From Octopus sinensis (taxonomy: Eukaryota), in the NCBI RefSeq assembly GCF_006345805.1, contig NC_042998.1:51274001-51338000 (forward strand): DNA of 64,000 bases. Reading direction: 5' to 3'. How positions within the stretch are numbered: position 1 is the stretch's first letter; each line of letters begins with the position of its first letter. A model generated the notes under the pieces. That model had not been told where the DNA came from, made no database searches, and saw only the letters and a program-made list of their open reading frames with translations. Below are positions 12,298-24,899 of the stretch, piece after piece. The position numbers and the translations under genes were made by a program.

Positions 12298-12739
12298 GGT
12301 TACTATGTAGGAACTACAACAATATTGTTCAAGGCTATACATTTTCATGCTTTGCTAATAAGATGAATTTAAAATTTCTTCTATAAATATTTTGTTTGAA
12401 TTTTTTATTTACATAAACTTCATACTTTTTTTTTTTATTATTAATTTCTCTCATGAACAGCATGTATGCACACACATATTTAAGTCTGTGTTTTTCCTTC
12501 GAGGATTCCTCTTTTATATAGGTAATAGTTTGTGTTTTGTATAGTTTGTTCTCGATTACGGTGAAACCAGCATCAGATGTACAATATCACTCTTCTATCA
12601 CATGGTCAGGTCCCTCTATGCCTACATCCAAAGTTTGCTGAGGGTCAATATTGGGAACAAATAACTGCTTATGTTTAGCTTCTGATTCAAACTGCTGTTT
12701 ATTTCATTCCTCTCATTAAATATTAGTGTTACTAAAAGC

Positions 12740-12950
12740 TGTGAACTGGCAGAATTGCTAGCATGCTGGGTAAAATTCTTAGAAGCACTTCATCCGTCTT
12801 TGCATTCTAAGTTCAAATTCTGCCTGGGTCGACTTTGACTTTCATCTTTACAGGGTCAATAAAATAAATACCAGTTGAGCATTGGGGTCAATGTAATCAA
12901 CCAGCCCCCTCATCCAAACTTGCTAATCTTGCATGAAAGTTTGAAATCAA
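12740..12950 (+). mobile_element. SINE family B
   Basis: GAACTGGCAGAATTG..AAGTTCAAATTCTGCC..GTCGACTTTGACTTTCATC..GTACCAG-like tail. Confidence 0.75.
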
Positions 12951-12991
12951 TATCATATAATTATTTTATACTATATTGCATTACATATATT

Positions 12992-13060
<69 letters not shown>

Positions 13061-13100
13061 GTGTGTGTTTGTTATTGTGTGTGAGTTAGTGTGTGTGTGA

Positions 13101-13163
<63 letters not shown>

Positions 13164-14062
13164 TTAGGGAGTATATCCAAACTTACAGGGAAAAATTAGA
13201 TTTAGGATTAGAGAGAGAGAGGTTATGAGAGGTAATGATGTCAGTGGGACTCAAAGGTGTCAGGTAATGCTGAGTTAGTGCTATGGATAGACCATAGTTA
13301 AGTTCCAGGTTTTGGTGATTATGCGAATAAGGGGTCTAACGTAGGTCATATATCAGCGTGTGTATATAAATTATTTTTTTTTCCATAATGACATAAAAAA
13401 TTTTAGAACATTTATGAATATTATAACATATGGAAACACAGGGTGTATCTATTCTAAAACTGGATATATGTGGTACAGAAGTATCTACAACTACTGCATC
13501 ATTTCCATTTTTAAGGACACCTAAATCTGATTTCAGAAATATTTGGCTGCTATTTCTAGATCAAGCCAAGCAAACAAATTGAAGTTCCTTCATTGATTGA
13601 CAGCTAGGTGAATCTGGGTAACTGGAGTAATTCAAATAACATACCATGGTATAATTAGAAAACCTTCATTGATTTTAAACATTAATCTGCTTGTTTCTAA
13701 TCACTGGATTATTTTTTTTTATGTATAATCTGTGATAACAACAAGATAACTAATAATTTTCTTGATCCTAATGATCCATAGATTGATTGATTATCACGTA
13801 TTTTTGTAGCATAAAGTAATTGAGAGATTAATTTGGTTCTTTCATTTTTTTTTCTTACATTTAGTCAACATAAAATTAGTTTGGAAAAAGTGAAATCACT
13901 AAAGTCATAAGTTTTTATTGTCAGGTTTTGTGGGTTGCATAAAGCCAGACACTAAAGTTGTACAGATGCTAAGAGAAGAGATGAGCATTGTTATTATTTT
14001 GCCCTGGGTATGTGTTGATTGAGGAGACTCTCATCAAAAGTTTTTCAGCTTTGATATAATAT

Positions 14063-14464
14063 AGGCGTAGGAGTGGCTGTGTGGTAAGTAGCTTGCTTAC
14101 GAACCTCATGGTTCCGGGTTCAGTTCCACTGCGCGGCACTTTAAGCAAGTGTCTTCTACTATAGCCTCGGGTCGACCAAAGCCTTGTGAGTGGATTTAGT
14201 AGATGGAAACTGAAAGAAGCTCATCGTATATATGTATGTATGTGTGTGTATATGTTTGCGTGTCTGTGTTTGTCTCTCCAACATTGCTTGACAACTGATG
14301 CTGGTGTGTTTACATCCCCGTAACTTAGCCGTTTGGCAAAAGAGACCAATAGAATAAGTTCTAGGTCTACAAAGAATAAGTCCTGGGGTCGATTTGCTTG
14401 ACTAAAGGCGGTGTTCCAGCATGGCCACGGTCAAATGACTAAAACAAGTAAAAGAGTAAAGAGT
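14063..14464 (+). mobile_element. SINE family A, full length
   Basis: GGCGTAGGAGTGGCTGTGTGGTAAGTAGCTTGC..GGGTTCAGTTCC; ends AAAAGAGTAAAGAGT. Confidence 0.9.
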
Positions 14465-14640
14465 AATAATAGTAGAAACCCATTTGAAAGATCTCTGCTG
14501 ATTGCATGAATAGTCTCAGTTTACAGAAGATTTTTAGCATACTATATTATAAAGATCCTACTATATGTGTATTATTATGTAGAAAACTTTTCTGAGGTAT
14601 TTGCCCTCAGCCCTATTGTTCATATTACTTATTACTATTA

Positions 14641-14850
14641 TTAAGGCTAAGAGCTGGCAGAGTTATTAGCATGCTGGGCAAATTACTTAGCAGCATTTCG
14701 TCTGTCTTTACATTCTGAGTTCAAATTCCACCGAGATCGACTTTACCTTTCATACTTTTGGGGTCAATAAAATAAGTAACAATCGAGTAGTAGGCTTGAT
14801 GTAATTGACTAGCCTCCTCCCTCAAAATTTCAAGCCTTGTGTCAATAACA
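14641..14850 (+). mobile_element. SINE family B
   Basis: AAGGCTAAGAGCTGGCAGAG..GAGTTCAAATTCCACCGAGATCGACTTTACCTTTCAT. Confidence 0.8.
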
Positions 14851-15137
14851 GAAAGTGTTATTATTGCCAGTACATTCCTACTGCATATATATATATATAT
14901 ACATATATGCATATTGTCAGTGTATCATGTCTGAAACAGAAGCACACTCTAGAGCATAGAGCAGCAATGGAAGCCCTCATGGATGTGAAACCATTGGTTA
15001 CTCTATGACTGGACATGTACTCAATTGTCGTCATCGTCGTCATCGTCATCATTGTCATCATCATCATTATGGTTATCGTCGTCATCATTCTGGTCGTTGT
15101 CGTCATTGTCATTGTCATCTTTATATATATAATGAAA

Positions 15138-17125
15138 TTATTGTATACAGTGCTCAGGTGCACCACAACTTGTCAGAAAGTGCATATAAAGTACATGCAG
15201 TAATGCAGAAATGTCTGGAAAGCGAACAATGTATGAGTCAGATACATGCTTGTGTGTGTATGGAAAATCAAGTGTAGTGTTGGCGAATCTCAGGAAGCAT
15301 GGAAGTTTTGAAGGATGCAGTGCTCCGACAACTAACAACTGATGCCGGCAGTTTGTTCCACGCTTCAGCAACTCACAGCGTGAAAAAATGTTTCCTGAAG
15401 TCATGGGAGCTGTGCTGTCGACAATAACACCCAGGTCACGTTCACATGAAGACTTTTTGAGACTAGTGTTGTAGAGGGAGTAGGTGGACGCTGGGTTTCT
15501 CCTCCCAAAATGCATGGTGGTACATTTGTCCACAGCCAGCTTGAGTTGCCAGTCCATGATCCACTGCTGCATTGTGTCCAGGTCTGCTTGCAATAGAGAT
15601 CTATAGTGTACAGGATTTGACCTCTTTATTTCGAGGTACAGCTTGATGTTATCTGCATATTTCAGCACTGTGGCATTCTTTAAGTTGGCATCTATGTCAT
15701 TAACATATGCAACAAATAAAAGGGGGCCAAGAACAGATCCCTGTGGTACACCAGATGTCATCTCATAGGGTGAAGAGTGCTGTCCTAGAACTGTGACAAC
15801 CTCTTTTCGGCTGAAAATAAAGGACTTTAACCAGTTATAGAGTTCGTCTCTTACACCCAATGCAGAAAGCTTCACCATAAGTCTTTTGTGTGGCACAGAG
15901 TTAAAAGCCTTAGCAAAGTCCAGGTAAACAACATCCACCCAGGATCCGCGATCAGTGATTTGGGTAACGTCCTCAAGAAACTCGATGAGTTGATTACAGC
16001 AGCTGGCGTTAGGAATAAATCCGAATTGTGACGGCTGGATGAGGCTGTGAGACTTCCAGAAGTTCCAGAGGGTTTCTCTGATAAAGGATTCCATCAGTTT
16101 GGCGATGCAGCTAGTAAGACTGACGGGGCGATAGTTGACAGGCGATGTGCGGTCGCCTTTTTTGAACAGAGGGATGACACTGGCAGTTTTCCACTGTTCT
16201 GGAGTAACACCATTGTCAAGACAGAATTGGAAGAATAGAGAAAGTTGGCTTAGAAGAAAGTACCCACCACGTTTGAGAAGTAGGTATGTAACACCATCGA
16301 GACCAGGAGAGGCATAATTGCGTTTATTCTTTAGGTGGCGTTGCAGCATTGCTGGTGTAAATTGCATAGTAGATATAGAGTCCGATGTCAGTGGTGATGA
16401 AGATGGAACATTTTGGTCTTCGACAGTAAAGATGCCGGCATAGCATCCAGCAATGATTTCTGCACATTCTTCGGGATTGCCAGTAATCTGTCCTGTGTGG
16501 GGATTGTGAAGGGGACCAACTGGAGAGTGGGGTCTCTGCTTTGAGTGCACATACTTCCAGAACACTTTGCTGTCTGGGTTAGCTGCAATGCGTTGTTCAA
16601 ATTCAAGCACTGCCTTTTTTGTCACCTGCTTGAGGTGGTTGGCTGACCTATTGCGCTTTTTCCTGTTGCTCTCTGATTTGTGCAATTTGTATTCCTGTTC
16701 AGCATTACGGCGTTCTTTCCTGGCAAGTCGGACTGCTGCAGTCTCCCAAATTGCATTATTGGGTGGTTTTTTGTGCTTGCGTGGTACTGATGCTGCACAT
16801 GCTGCCCATATTGAATTCAGAATGTTCTGGTGTATAGTGTCCACATCTCCAGAGGCATAAAATTTGCGCCAGTTTGGGCGTTGCAGCTCAGTACAATAAG
16901 AGCTCCAGTTTACTTTATTCCAGTCAAAGCTGGCAGTCTGAAGATGGTTGTGTTTTTTGTTACAACCAATCAGAGACAAGTCGGCCATGATCATGGAATG
17001 ATCAGAGTCACCCAAAGGTTCTTCGGTAGCGACACTAATGATTGTTTCAGGAGAAGCGGTAAGTAGCAGATCCAAAGTGTTGTTACCCCTTGTGGAGGAG
17101 GTAACAACTTGGGACCAATTTGAAT
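15138..17125 (-). mobile_element. CR1/L2-like LINE, 5'-truncated ORF2 (APE endonuclease C-terminus + RT)
   Basis: ORF 15138..17240 contains TRGNNTLDLLLT..SDH (APE end), NYRPVSLTS, QFGF, VVYLDFAKAFNSVPH, GVPQGSVLGPLLF and YADN (15648-15659). The N-terminus comes from a microsatellite. About 420 bp is deleted near 15418 relative to the copy at 42388-43145. Confidence 0.95.
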
Positions 17126-17792
17126 TCAAATTTATCATCACTGTCATCTTCGTTATCATTGTCGTCATCGTCATTGTCATCGTTATCACTGTCATCTTCA
17201 TCATCATTGCCACCACTGTCACTACCACCATAACTGTCACTGTTTAGCCCTAGGTTAGGCCTGTTTGAGCAGATCTATCTATTAATCAGTCAAACAGTCT
17301 CTTTGCAAATAAAAGGCTGGTTTACATAAAACAGTTTTTAACCATGAGAGGAATTAAACTGAACACTAAAACCAACAAATTATTTGTTGATTCCACAACA
17401 CTGTTGTCTTTACTAACGAATCTGAGTTGACCAGAGATCCTTTATTTTGTCACTCAAGCAAATGAAGTGTCTAGTCCATGTATGGATAACCTTCAAGTAA
17501 CAGGCCACACGAGATATAGTGCATCATCAAGTGAAGCCACACTACTAAAAAAATTCAAGTTCATTTTTTCTGTAAGTATGTCATTCAGAAAGATCTACTG
17601 ACTGCAAGTCACCCATTACTGGTCCAGTCAATTGCTTGACCTATTAGAAATAACAGCCGTATCTCACTCAAATCATACTTTGTTATCCTAGAATAGGGAA
17701 AGAGACATTAGACAATGTAGTCCTAGAATCCTATAAGAAGGCAGTATTGTTGTGGTTGGCTAGAGTAAAGACCCCCCCCCCACCACCACCCT

Positions 17793-18071
17793 AGAAAGTT
17801 ACCCTCCAAGGGACAAGTCCAGGCAAGGTTGTTTATGGAAGACCAGCAGTCACCCATGCCTACCGATCTCCCTCTTCATGCCACCAATGTTATACAAGGG
17901 AAAGGCAAAGGCCAATACAGCTTGGTATCAGTGACATCACTACTCATTTCAACGGCTGAGTCACCTGAAATAAAGTGTCTTGTTTAAGAACACAACACAT
18001 AGACCAGTCTGGGAATCAAACTCACTACCTCATGATTGTGAGCCCAACACTAACCACTGAGCCATGCACCT
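17793..18071 (-). mobile_element. tRNA-headed SINE family D
   Basis: Reverse complement of 26616-26950 (GAAAGTTACCCTCC..GGTTGTTTATGGAAGACCAGCAGTC..AACCACTGAGCCATGC). Confidence 0.8.
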
Positions 18072-18331
18072 TCATGGCTGGCATATCTTTATCCTAAATC
18101 TGCTAAATCAGCAGACATAGAAGATTTATGTGACTAAAGAAATGCCTTTATCATAAATCTGCCAGATCAGGACTGAACTAACAAATTTATGACTAAAAAC
18201 CAACAACAACAACAATAAAACATACAATTTGTTGTACCTATCAAATGTTAAGTTCAGTATTAGCATATTTAATGTAATGAGCATTAAATACTTAATTGGA
18301 AGTAATTATGGGTTGAGGAAAAAATAAGATT

Positions 18332-18710
18332 AGGTGCAGGCATGGCTGTGTGGCAAGAAACTTGCTACTCAATAACATGATTCTAGGTTCAGTCCCACTG
18401 CATAGCACCTTTGGGCAAATATCTTTTGCTATGACCTCAGGCTGACCAAAGCCTTGTGAGTGGATTTGGTAGATGAAAACTGAAAGAAGCCCATTGCATA
18501 TATGTGTGTGTGTGTGTGTATGTATGTGTTTGTCCCTCACCCCTGCTTGACAACCAGTGTTGGTGTGTTTACATCCCCATAACTTAGCAGTTCGGCATAA
18601 GAGACCAATAAAATAAGTACCAGGTTTAAAACCAAGAAAAATAAATTCTGGGGTCAATTTATTCAATAAAATTTTTTTTAAGGTGATGCCCCGGCAAGGC
18701 CACAGTCTCA
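18332..18710 (+). mobile_element. SINE family A
   Basis: GGTGCAGGCATGGCTGTGTGG head, GGTTCAGTCCC, family A body. Confidence 0.8.
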
Positions 18711-19911
18711 TGATAAAAGCTCAGGGAGTTTTCACTAGAGTGTAACCCATCAAATGACAAGTTATCTCTTATCTCTTATTATAAAAGGCAGATTTTATCT
18801 GCCTCCCTTTGGGAGTTATACAAATCTACAATATAGGATTTCTTCAATTACAATTTACCTTGCATTTTTAAGAGTACAATGCATCGCGTCATGCCAGGTC
18901 CAGTTTTAAATTTTAAACTCCAATTAAGCAAAATTTACAGAAAACTCACATTCTGGTGTGTGTCAAAATGCTTTTCTTAGTCCTGCTTTACGCCACACGC
19001 AAACGCACGCACACAGTGGGCAACGAATAAAATGAAGTAAATAGCGACAGAGTGATTGATTTGAGGAAGACTAAACTGAAAGTGTTTAAACCACTACTCA
19101 AAAAATAAAAAAACACAGCAAACAGAAACAAATAAATACATAACCATTTAATCCTCTCACACAACTTCTTCAATTAGAATTTACCTAAGATTTTTCAAAG
19201 TACTCATTCGCTCATGCCATAATATATTTCTTTCAATTTCCACCACCAATTAAGACAAAATTCGAGAAAACTCAATATTTTAACATATCACTCCGAAAGC
19301 ATTGACGTACATGTGTGCGTGCGTGAGTGTGTGTGTGTCTTCCTCACACACACGCATACACATACACTACATACAAACACGTGTGTGTTTTGTTATTAGT
19401 AAAAAAGGCGCAAAAACACAACTCACTTATCATTCAAACACATTTGCAAAGACACACGGAGGACAGAAAAGGTAAATTGGTTTTTATTTTACTCTGTATA
19501 TATTTTATTATATAATATTATATATAGATATATGTATATATAATTGCAGTATGAAACAGTGTTTATGTATAAACAGACGACACTTATATATAGTTACCAA
19601 GCCGCCCGATTTACCTATTCATATTTAAATGAGAATATCAGAGCAAATCTCTTTAGTACATTCGTGAAAACACGTATTATACTTCGTAAACACTTCAACT
19701 ACAGTTTTGTACAAAAATCGAAGTGTAATTTTAATTCCGTGAATTATGGGAGATTTTTTTCCGAAATTTGTTCCTATTGTGTTTTCAAAATTTTTAATTC
19801 TGACAAAAAATGGATACGAATTTCATTATATCAAGCAGCGAGTCAGAATTCGAAGGATTTTCTACTGAAGACCTTCATAAATCTAACTCTATGACTGAAA
19901 AAAAAAAAGCA

Positions 19912-20293
19912 TCTTTATATAAGAGTGAAGTTGTGTGTCTGTCTCCTACGATTTAGATTCCTAACTACTCCCACATTTTGCGGTGCAGTTTAACCAAAAG
20001 CGGGTATCTTATAGTCGTGATTCATATCGAGCCCTTCTGGGTATTAGCGTGCGTCTACGATGAGTCTACGATTTAAAAAAAAATACCATCATATTTTTCC
20101 ATTTTAATGCATTTTTTTCGCTTTCATATAAGGGAAGTAACTCTCTAAAAATATCTACGATGTGTCAACGATTTAAAAAATATTTACCTGAATTTTTTTT
20201 CAATTTTTAATGCATTTTTTGGCTATAACTCTCTAAAAATGCTTATATAGTTATTTCCCTTACAACCCGAGCAACGCCGGGCGATACTGCTAG
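19912..20293 (+). mobile_element. Non-autonomous Helitron-like element
   Basis: Begins TC after an A (19911), ends CTAG (20290-20293) before a T, with a subterminal CCCGAGCAACGCCGGG hairpin (20266-20281). A second copy lies at 53301-53695. Confidence 0.85.
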
Positions 20294-20405
20294 TGATAAT
20301 ATATTTTTGTCAACATGGCTATATCAAATAATGTTACATAGGTACAATAAATATAATTTTACTTTCTTCAAATTTCATAGTTCTTATGCAAAATGATGAA
20401 ATAAA

Positions 20406-20663
20406 TTTCTTTTATTCTTTTATTTGTTTCAGTCATTTGACTGTGGCCATGCTGGGGCACCACCTTTAGTCAAACAAATCAACCCTAGACTTATTCCTTG
20501 TAAGCCTAGTACTAATTCTATTGGTCTCTTTTGCTGAACCGCCAAGTTACAGGAAAATAAACACACCAACATTGGTTGTCAAGTGATGGTGAGGAGGACA
20601 AACACAGACACACAAACATAAACATACATATACATATATCTATCTATCTATCTATCTATCTAA

Positions 20664-20694
<31 letters not shown>

Positions 20695-20695
20695 C

Positions 20696-20733
<38 letters not shown>

Positions 20734-20897
20734 GACAGGCTTTTTTCAGTTTCTGTGTACCAAAACCACTCACAAAGTTTTGGTCAACCTGAGGCTATAG
20801 TAAAAGACACTTGTCCAAGGTGCCATGCAGTGGGACTGAACCCGGGACCATGTGGTTGGCAAGCAAGCTTCTTACCAGACAGCCACTCCTGCACCTA
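20406..20897 (-). mobile_element. SINE family A with internal (ATCT)/(TA) expansion
   Basis: Reverse complement of the family A head (AGCCACTCCTGCACC) and tail. Confidence 0.85.
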
Positions 20898-21357
20898 TAT
20901 GAATACTAATTTTTAAAATAAAAATATTTACTGAATTAAAATATAATTAAAACAAATATCTCATTTGTATATTTTTAATTAATATATTTTATTTAATACT
21001 GTTTAACTATCAACTAATTACAAATGTAATATTATTTGATACTATCAATAGTGGCCAAAGTATGTTGCCAACACTGCTTGTTGTATAAATATTTAGCACT
21101 TGAGATAGTATAGAGCAAACCAAAAGAGAAAACTCCAATAAAATCACAGTCATTTCCCTTTATGGGATGAAGAGAGTTAAATGGAGATGCACTACAAATT
21201 ATATTGGTTTCAAATTTTGGCACAAGGCTAGCAATTTCAGGGGATTGTGCAAGTCAATTACATCTATCTAGTGCTCTACTGGTACTTATTTTATCAATCC
21301 AAAAGGGATGAAGGGCAAAGTCAACCTTGGCAGAATTTGAACTTAGAATGTTACTGA

Positions 21358-21690
21358 GACCCCCTTCAGTCATGACTGACTATGGGATTGCACCTAGAAA
21401 GTTACCCTCCCAGGCACAAGTCTGGACAAGGTTGTTTATGGAAGACCAGCAGTTTCCCATACATACCAGCCTCCCCTCTCCATGCCACAAGTGTTATCCA
21501 AGCGAAAGGCAAAGGCCGATACAGCTTGGCACCTTTGACGTCGCAACTCATTTCTACAGCTGAGTGAACTGGAGCAACGTGAAATAAAGTCTCTTGCTCA
21601 AGAACACAACATGCAGCCCAGCCCAGGATTCGAACACACAATTTCACAATCTTAAGCTCAACGTTCTAACCACTGAGCCATGCACCTTCA
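21358..21690 (-). mobile_element. SINE family D
   Basis: Reverse complement of 26616-26950. Confidence 0.85.
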
Positions 21691-21810
21691 CATTCAGAAT
21701 ATAAAGACAGATAAAATGCTGCTAAGCATTTTGCTGACTTGCAAACGATTCTGCCAGCTTACTGCCTTTATGCTACAAATTATATTAATAGATTAATTCA
21801 ACAAATATGG

Positions 21811-21853
21811 GATCCAGACTTGTTTCGATCTTTTTAGATCTCTTCAGTGATGC
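21811..21853 (-). ncRNA. Minimal type I hammerhead ribozyme-like motif (Penelope-type)
   Basis: Minus strand GCATCA-CTGAAGA-GATC-TAAAAA-GATC-GAAA-CAA-GTC-TGGATC: intact CUGANGA and GAAA cores, 4-bp stem II, GUC triplet; stem I short and imperfect. Confidence 0.65.
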
Positions 21854-22075
21854 ATAGATTTTGCCATATTATTCCAAACAGTGATGACCAAATCAATAAT
21901 TAATTGTATAAAATCATATATAAGTATTACAGAGATGTACATGCATAGCGAGTGACTTGATCTGAGATTGTGTGCTGGAACGAAAACAATTGCATATATA
22001 AGTAGATGTGAAAAATTTGTATATTTATAAAGTACAAACCATTGAGATAGATTACGTACTTAGAAACACCATCTA

Positions 22076-22295
22076 CGAGGAGGTGTTGAAAATTTCCTGG
22101 CTTTGGGAGAAAAGAAAATACAGGAGGATCAGTTAATTATGATTTTATTCAACATATTCTCCCTCTCAGATTCACACACTTATTGCAGTGGTCATTCAGT
22201 TTTTTTCAGTCCCTGTAAAAGAACTCAGAAGGTTGGGCCTCCAACCAAGCCTTTTGTGATACCCTTGAAACCAGGAACTTTTCAGCGCTCCCTTG
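22076..22295. mobile_element. mariner-like MITE
   Basis: TA flanks; TIRs CGAGGAGGTGTTGAAAATTTCCTGG / CCAGGAACTTTTCAGCGCTCCCTTG. A second copy lies at 60725-60921. Confidence 0.8.
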
Positions 22296-22744
22296 TATAT
22301 GGAAGTTAGTTGAACTCAGTTACCAAAAGTTAAGTGTTTTAGCTACAAATACAAGCCAACACTTGTAACAGGATATAATTGCTAATCTGTTCTTGGTTGA
22401 TTGTCTGGTAAAGTATTTACCCTCTAATCTGTGCTAAGACATTTATAAGTTGAGAAGATTATTATTTCTTATCTAAAACACTTGATATAATAAATTAAAC
22501 ATATTGCTTTAGTATGAGGTCAGTACAAAAAATTCTTTCTTATAAGCACTACACAAAGAGTATCAAGCTACCTTGAATAAAGAAGAGCTTCTATGTGGTT
22601 ATTTAAATTGCTAGGAATAGGAACTAAGTTTTCCTCAAATCGCTCTCAGAATGTAGAATGATGTCTTCATCAGTCATTCTATAGATTCCAACATTCCACC
22701 ACCACCACCCTTATAATTCAATCCCTTTATGATAATAATAATAA

Positions 22745-23200
22745 TAATAAAAATAATAATAATAATCCTTTCTATTATAGGCACTAAGCCTGAAATTTTG
22801 GAGGAGGAGGCTATTTGATTTCATTGACCCCCAGTGCTCAATTGGTATTTATTTTATTAATCCCAGAAAGATGAAACATAAAGTTGACCTAAGGGGGATT
22901 TGAACTCAGTATGTAAAGAGCCAAAAGAAATCCCACTAAGCATTTTACATTAAGCATTAACTATTCTGCCAGCTCACTAGCTTAATGATAACAGTGCTTT
23001 CAAATTTTGGCACAAGGCCAGCAATTTAAGGGGAGAGGTTAAGTCAATGCCAGTGCTAAACTGATATTTGTTTTATCGACCCTGAAAGTATGAAAGGCAA
23101 AGCTAATCTCAGCAGAATTTGAACTCAGAATGTAAAGATAGGTGAAATGCTGCTAAGCATTTTTCTCAGGATTCTAACAATTCTGCCAGCTCGCTGCCTT
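22745..23200 (-). mobile_element. Two adjacent SINE family B copies
   Basis: Each has GGCACAAGGCC/GCCTGAAATT..GACCC..GAATTTGAACTCAG..CTGCCAGCTC. Confidence 0.75.
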
Positions 23201-23329
23201 TACCTTGATGATAAGGATGATAATGATGATGACATGACAACGATGATAATGAGGATGATGACAAGAACGAGAACGAGGATGACGATGATGATGATGATGA
23301 CAACGACAAGTTTACAAGTGGTTTCCAAC

Positions 23330-23585
23330 CTTTAGGAATGGTTATTTGTTGCTTGGAGACCTACCTTGTTCAGGACGACTATCGAACTCCTGAATGAATA
23401 AAAACATGAGAAATCGAATTTTGAGTGAAGAATTGCAAATGAACAGAGTTGCAGCAAAACTTGTGCCTTGCTTGCTCACAGAAGACCAAAAGCAGTCATG
23501 ACTGAATGTGAAAGAACAGTTGGAAGTTGATGCAAACATTTTTTTGAAGGTCATCATTGGTGACAAAAGCTGGTGCTACAGAATT
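23330..23585 (+). pseudogene. mariner transposase fragment
   Basis: ILSEELQMNRVAAKLVPCLLTEDQKQS*..DANIFLKVIIGDKSWCY matches the mariner WVPRxL and ITGDEKW motifs. Confidence 0.85.
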
Positions 23586-23959
23586 TACAAATGTGGAAGA
23601 AGTGAAGATAAAACCGACAGAGGTATTAAAAGACACCACTTTGCAAGCATTTCATCTGGATTGATGTATTACTCCAAATGGAGAATACTTTGAAGGCAGT
23701 AAAAGAGTAAACATGTAAAACTAAGCAAATAAAAGGATCTTGCAAAGTTCCAGTTTCTTTTGGGTGCCCCCCACCGTACATCTAAAAACCACACACACAA
23801 AAAAAAAAAAAAAGAAGACTGTACTGATGCATCAAATGTACCCCTACTACACCTTCTTTGTCCTGAGTGCTCCAGTATTATAAAAATTGAAGCACCCCAG
23901 TGATCAATCACGAAAAAATAGATGACATGACAAGACTTGACTATTGAGATCAACCCAAA

Positions 23960-24330
23960 AAGCTCAGGCTTTACTCTCTCCTGCACCACCATGAGCGCTA
24001 TATCATCTGTATGATGTGGAAAATATTCCATCAACATTGCCCAACTTTAAAATTCATCCAAGGCTTGGCCCTCCTGTGCCATTCATTCACTACAGGAATC
24101 ATGTGAGTGTAATTTCACAATATTTTGACAGAACTATTTCATCTCAGTTGGCCCTGCCCTCTTCAACATTGTGCCAGCTCACATAAGGGAGGAAAGTGAT
24201 TTCATGGCATTCAAATGGTCCATAGATGATTACCTCTAACAAATACCAGACAAACCACCCACACCCAGATATGTCTCTGAAAACAATAACTCTCTGCTCG
24301 AGTGAGCTATGGTGCCCAAGAGCTGACTGT
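23960..24330 (+). mobile_element. CR1/Jockey-group LINE ORF2 3' fragment
   Basis: Frameshifted LRLYSLLHHHERYIICMMWKI..LFNIVPAHIREE..QIPDKPPTPRYVSENNNSLLE resembles the post-RT C-terminus of these LINEs. Confidence 0.7.
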
Positions 24331-24420
24331 GTATCTCTTCCAGGTGGTGCTATTAAATTAGACACGGCCCGGGTCAACTTTGGCCAAAACTTATCTATGT
24401 CATTTCTAACCTATATTTGT

Positions 24421-24475
<55 letters not shown>

Positions 24476-24715
24476 TGTGTTTGTCCCCTCATCATCCCTT
24501 GACAATTGATGTTGGTGTGTTTATGTCCCTGAAATTTAGCAGTTCAGCAAAAGAGACAGATAGAATAAGTACTAGGCTTATAAAGAATAAGACCTGGGGT
24601 CGATTTCTTCAACTAAAGGTGGTGCTCCAGCATGGTTGCAGTCAAATGACTGAAATGTGTAAAAGAGTACAAGCATAACCACTGCCCCTGTAGCATTAGG
24701 TAATATCCTGACTTG

Positions 24716-24747
<32 letters not shown>

Positions 24748-24899
24748 ATATAAAATAAATATAAGAGAGTGGTCACTATATTGCTCACTCTAGCACCAGT
24801 TAATCCAAAAGGTTTCAACCACGAAAATACATGATTCCCATGAAAGCCAGTACGACTGTTAGCTCACACGGACAGGGCAAGTAAAAAATAACAAAAATA

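Noticed and set aside
13926-14008. Plus-strand candidate exons (here GFVGCIKPDTKVVQMLREEMSIVIILPW; also about 3948-4030 and 17430-17571)
   Set aside because: No recognisable homology and no consistent chain; such splice-site pairs arise often by chance in AT-rich DNA.
19809-19955. Short ORF MDTNFIISSSESEFEGFSTEDL...
   Set aside because: It runs into a Helitron-like insertion and has no splice donor; the acidic EFEGF motif is common in pogo-like remnants and is too short to classify.
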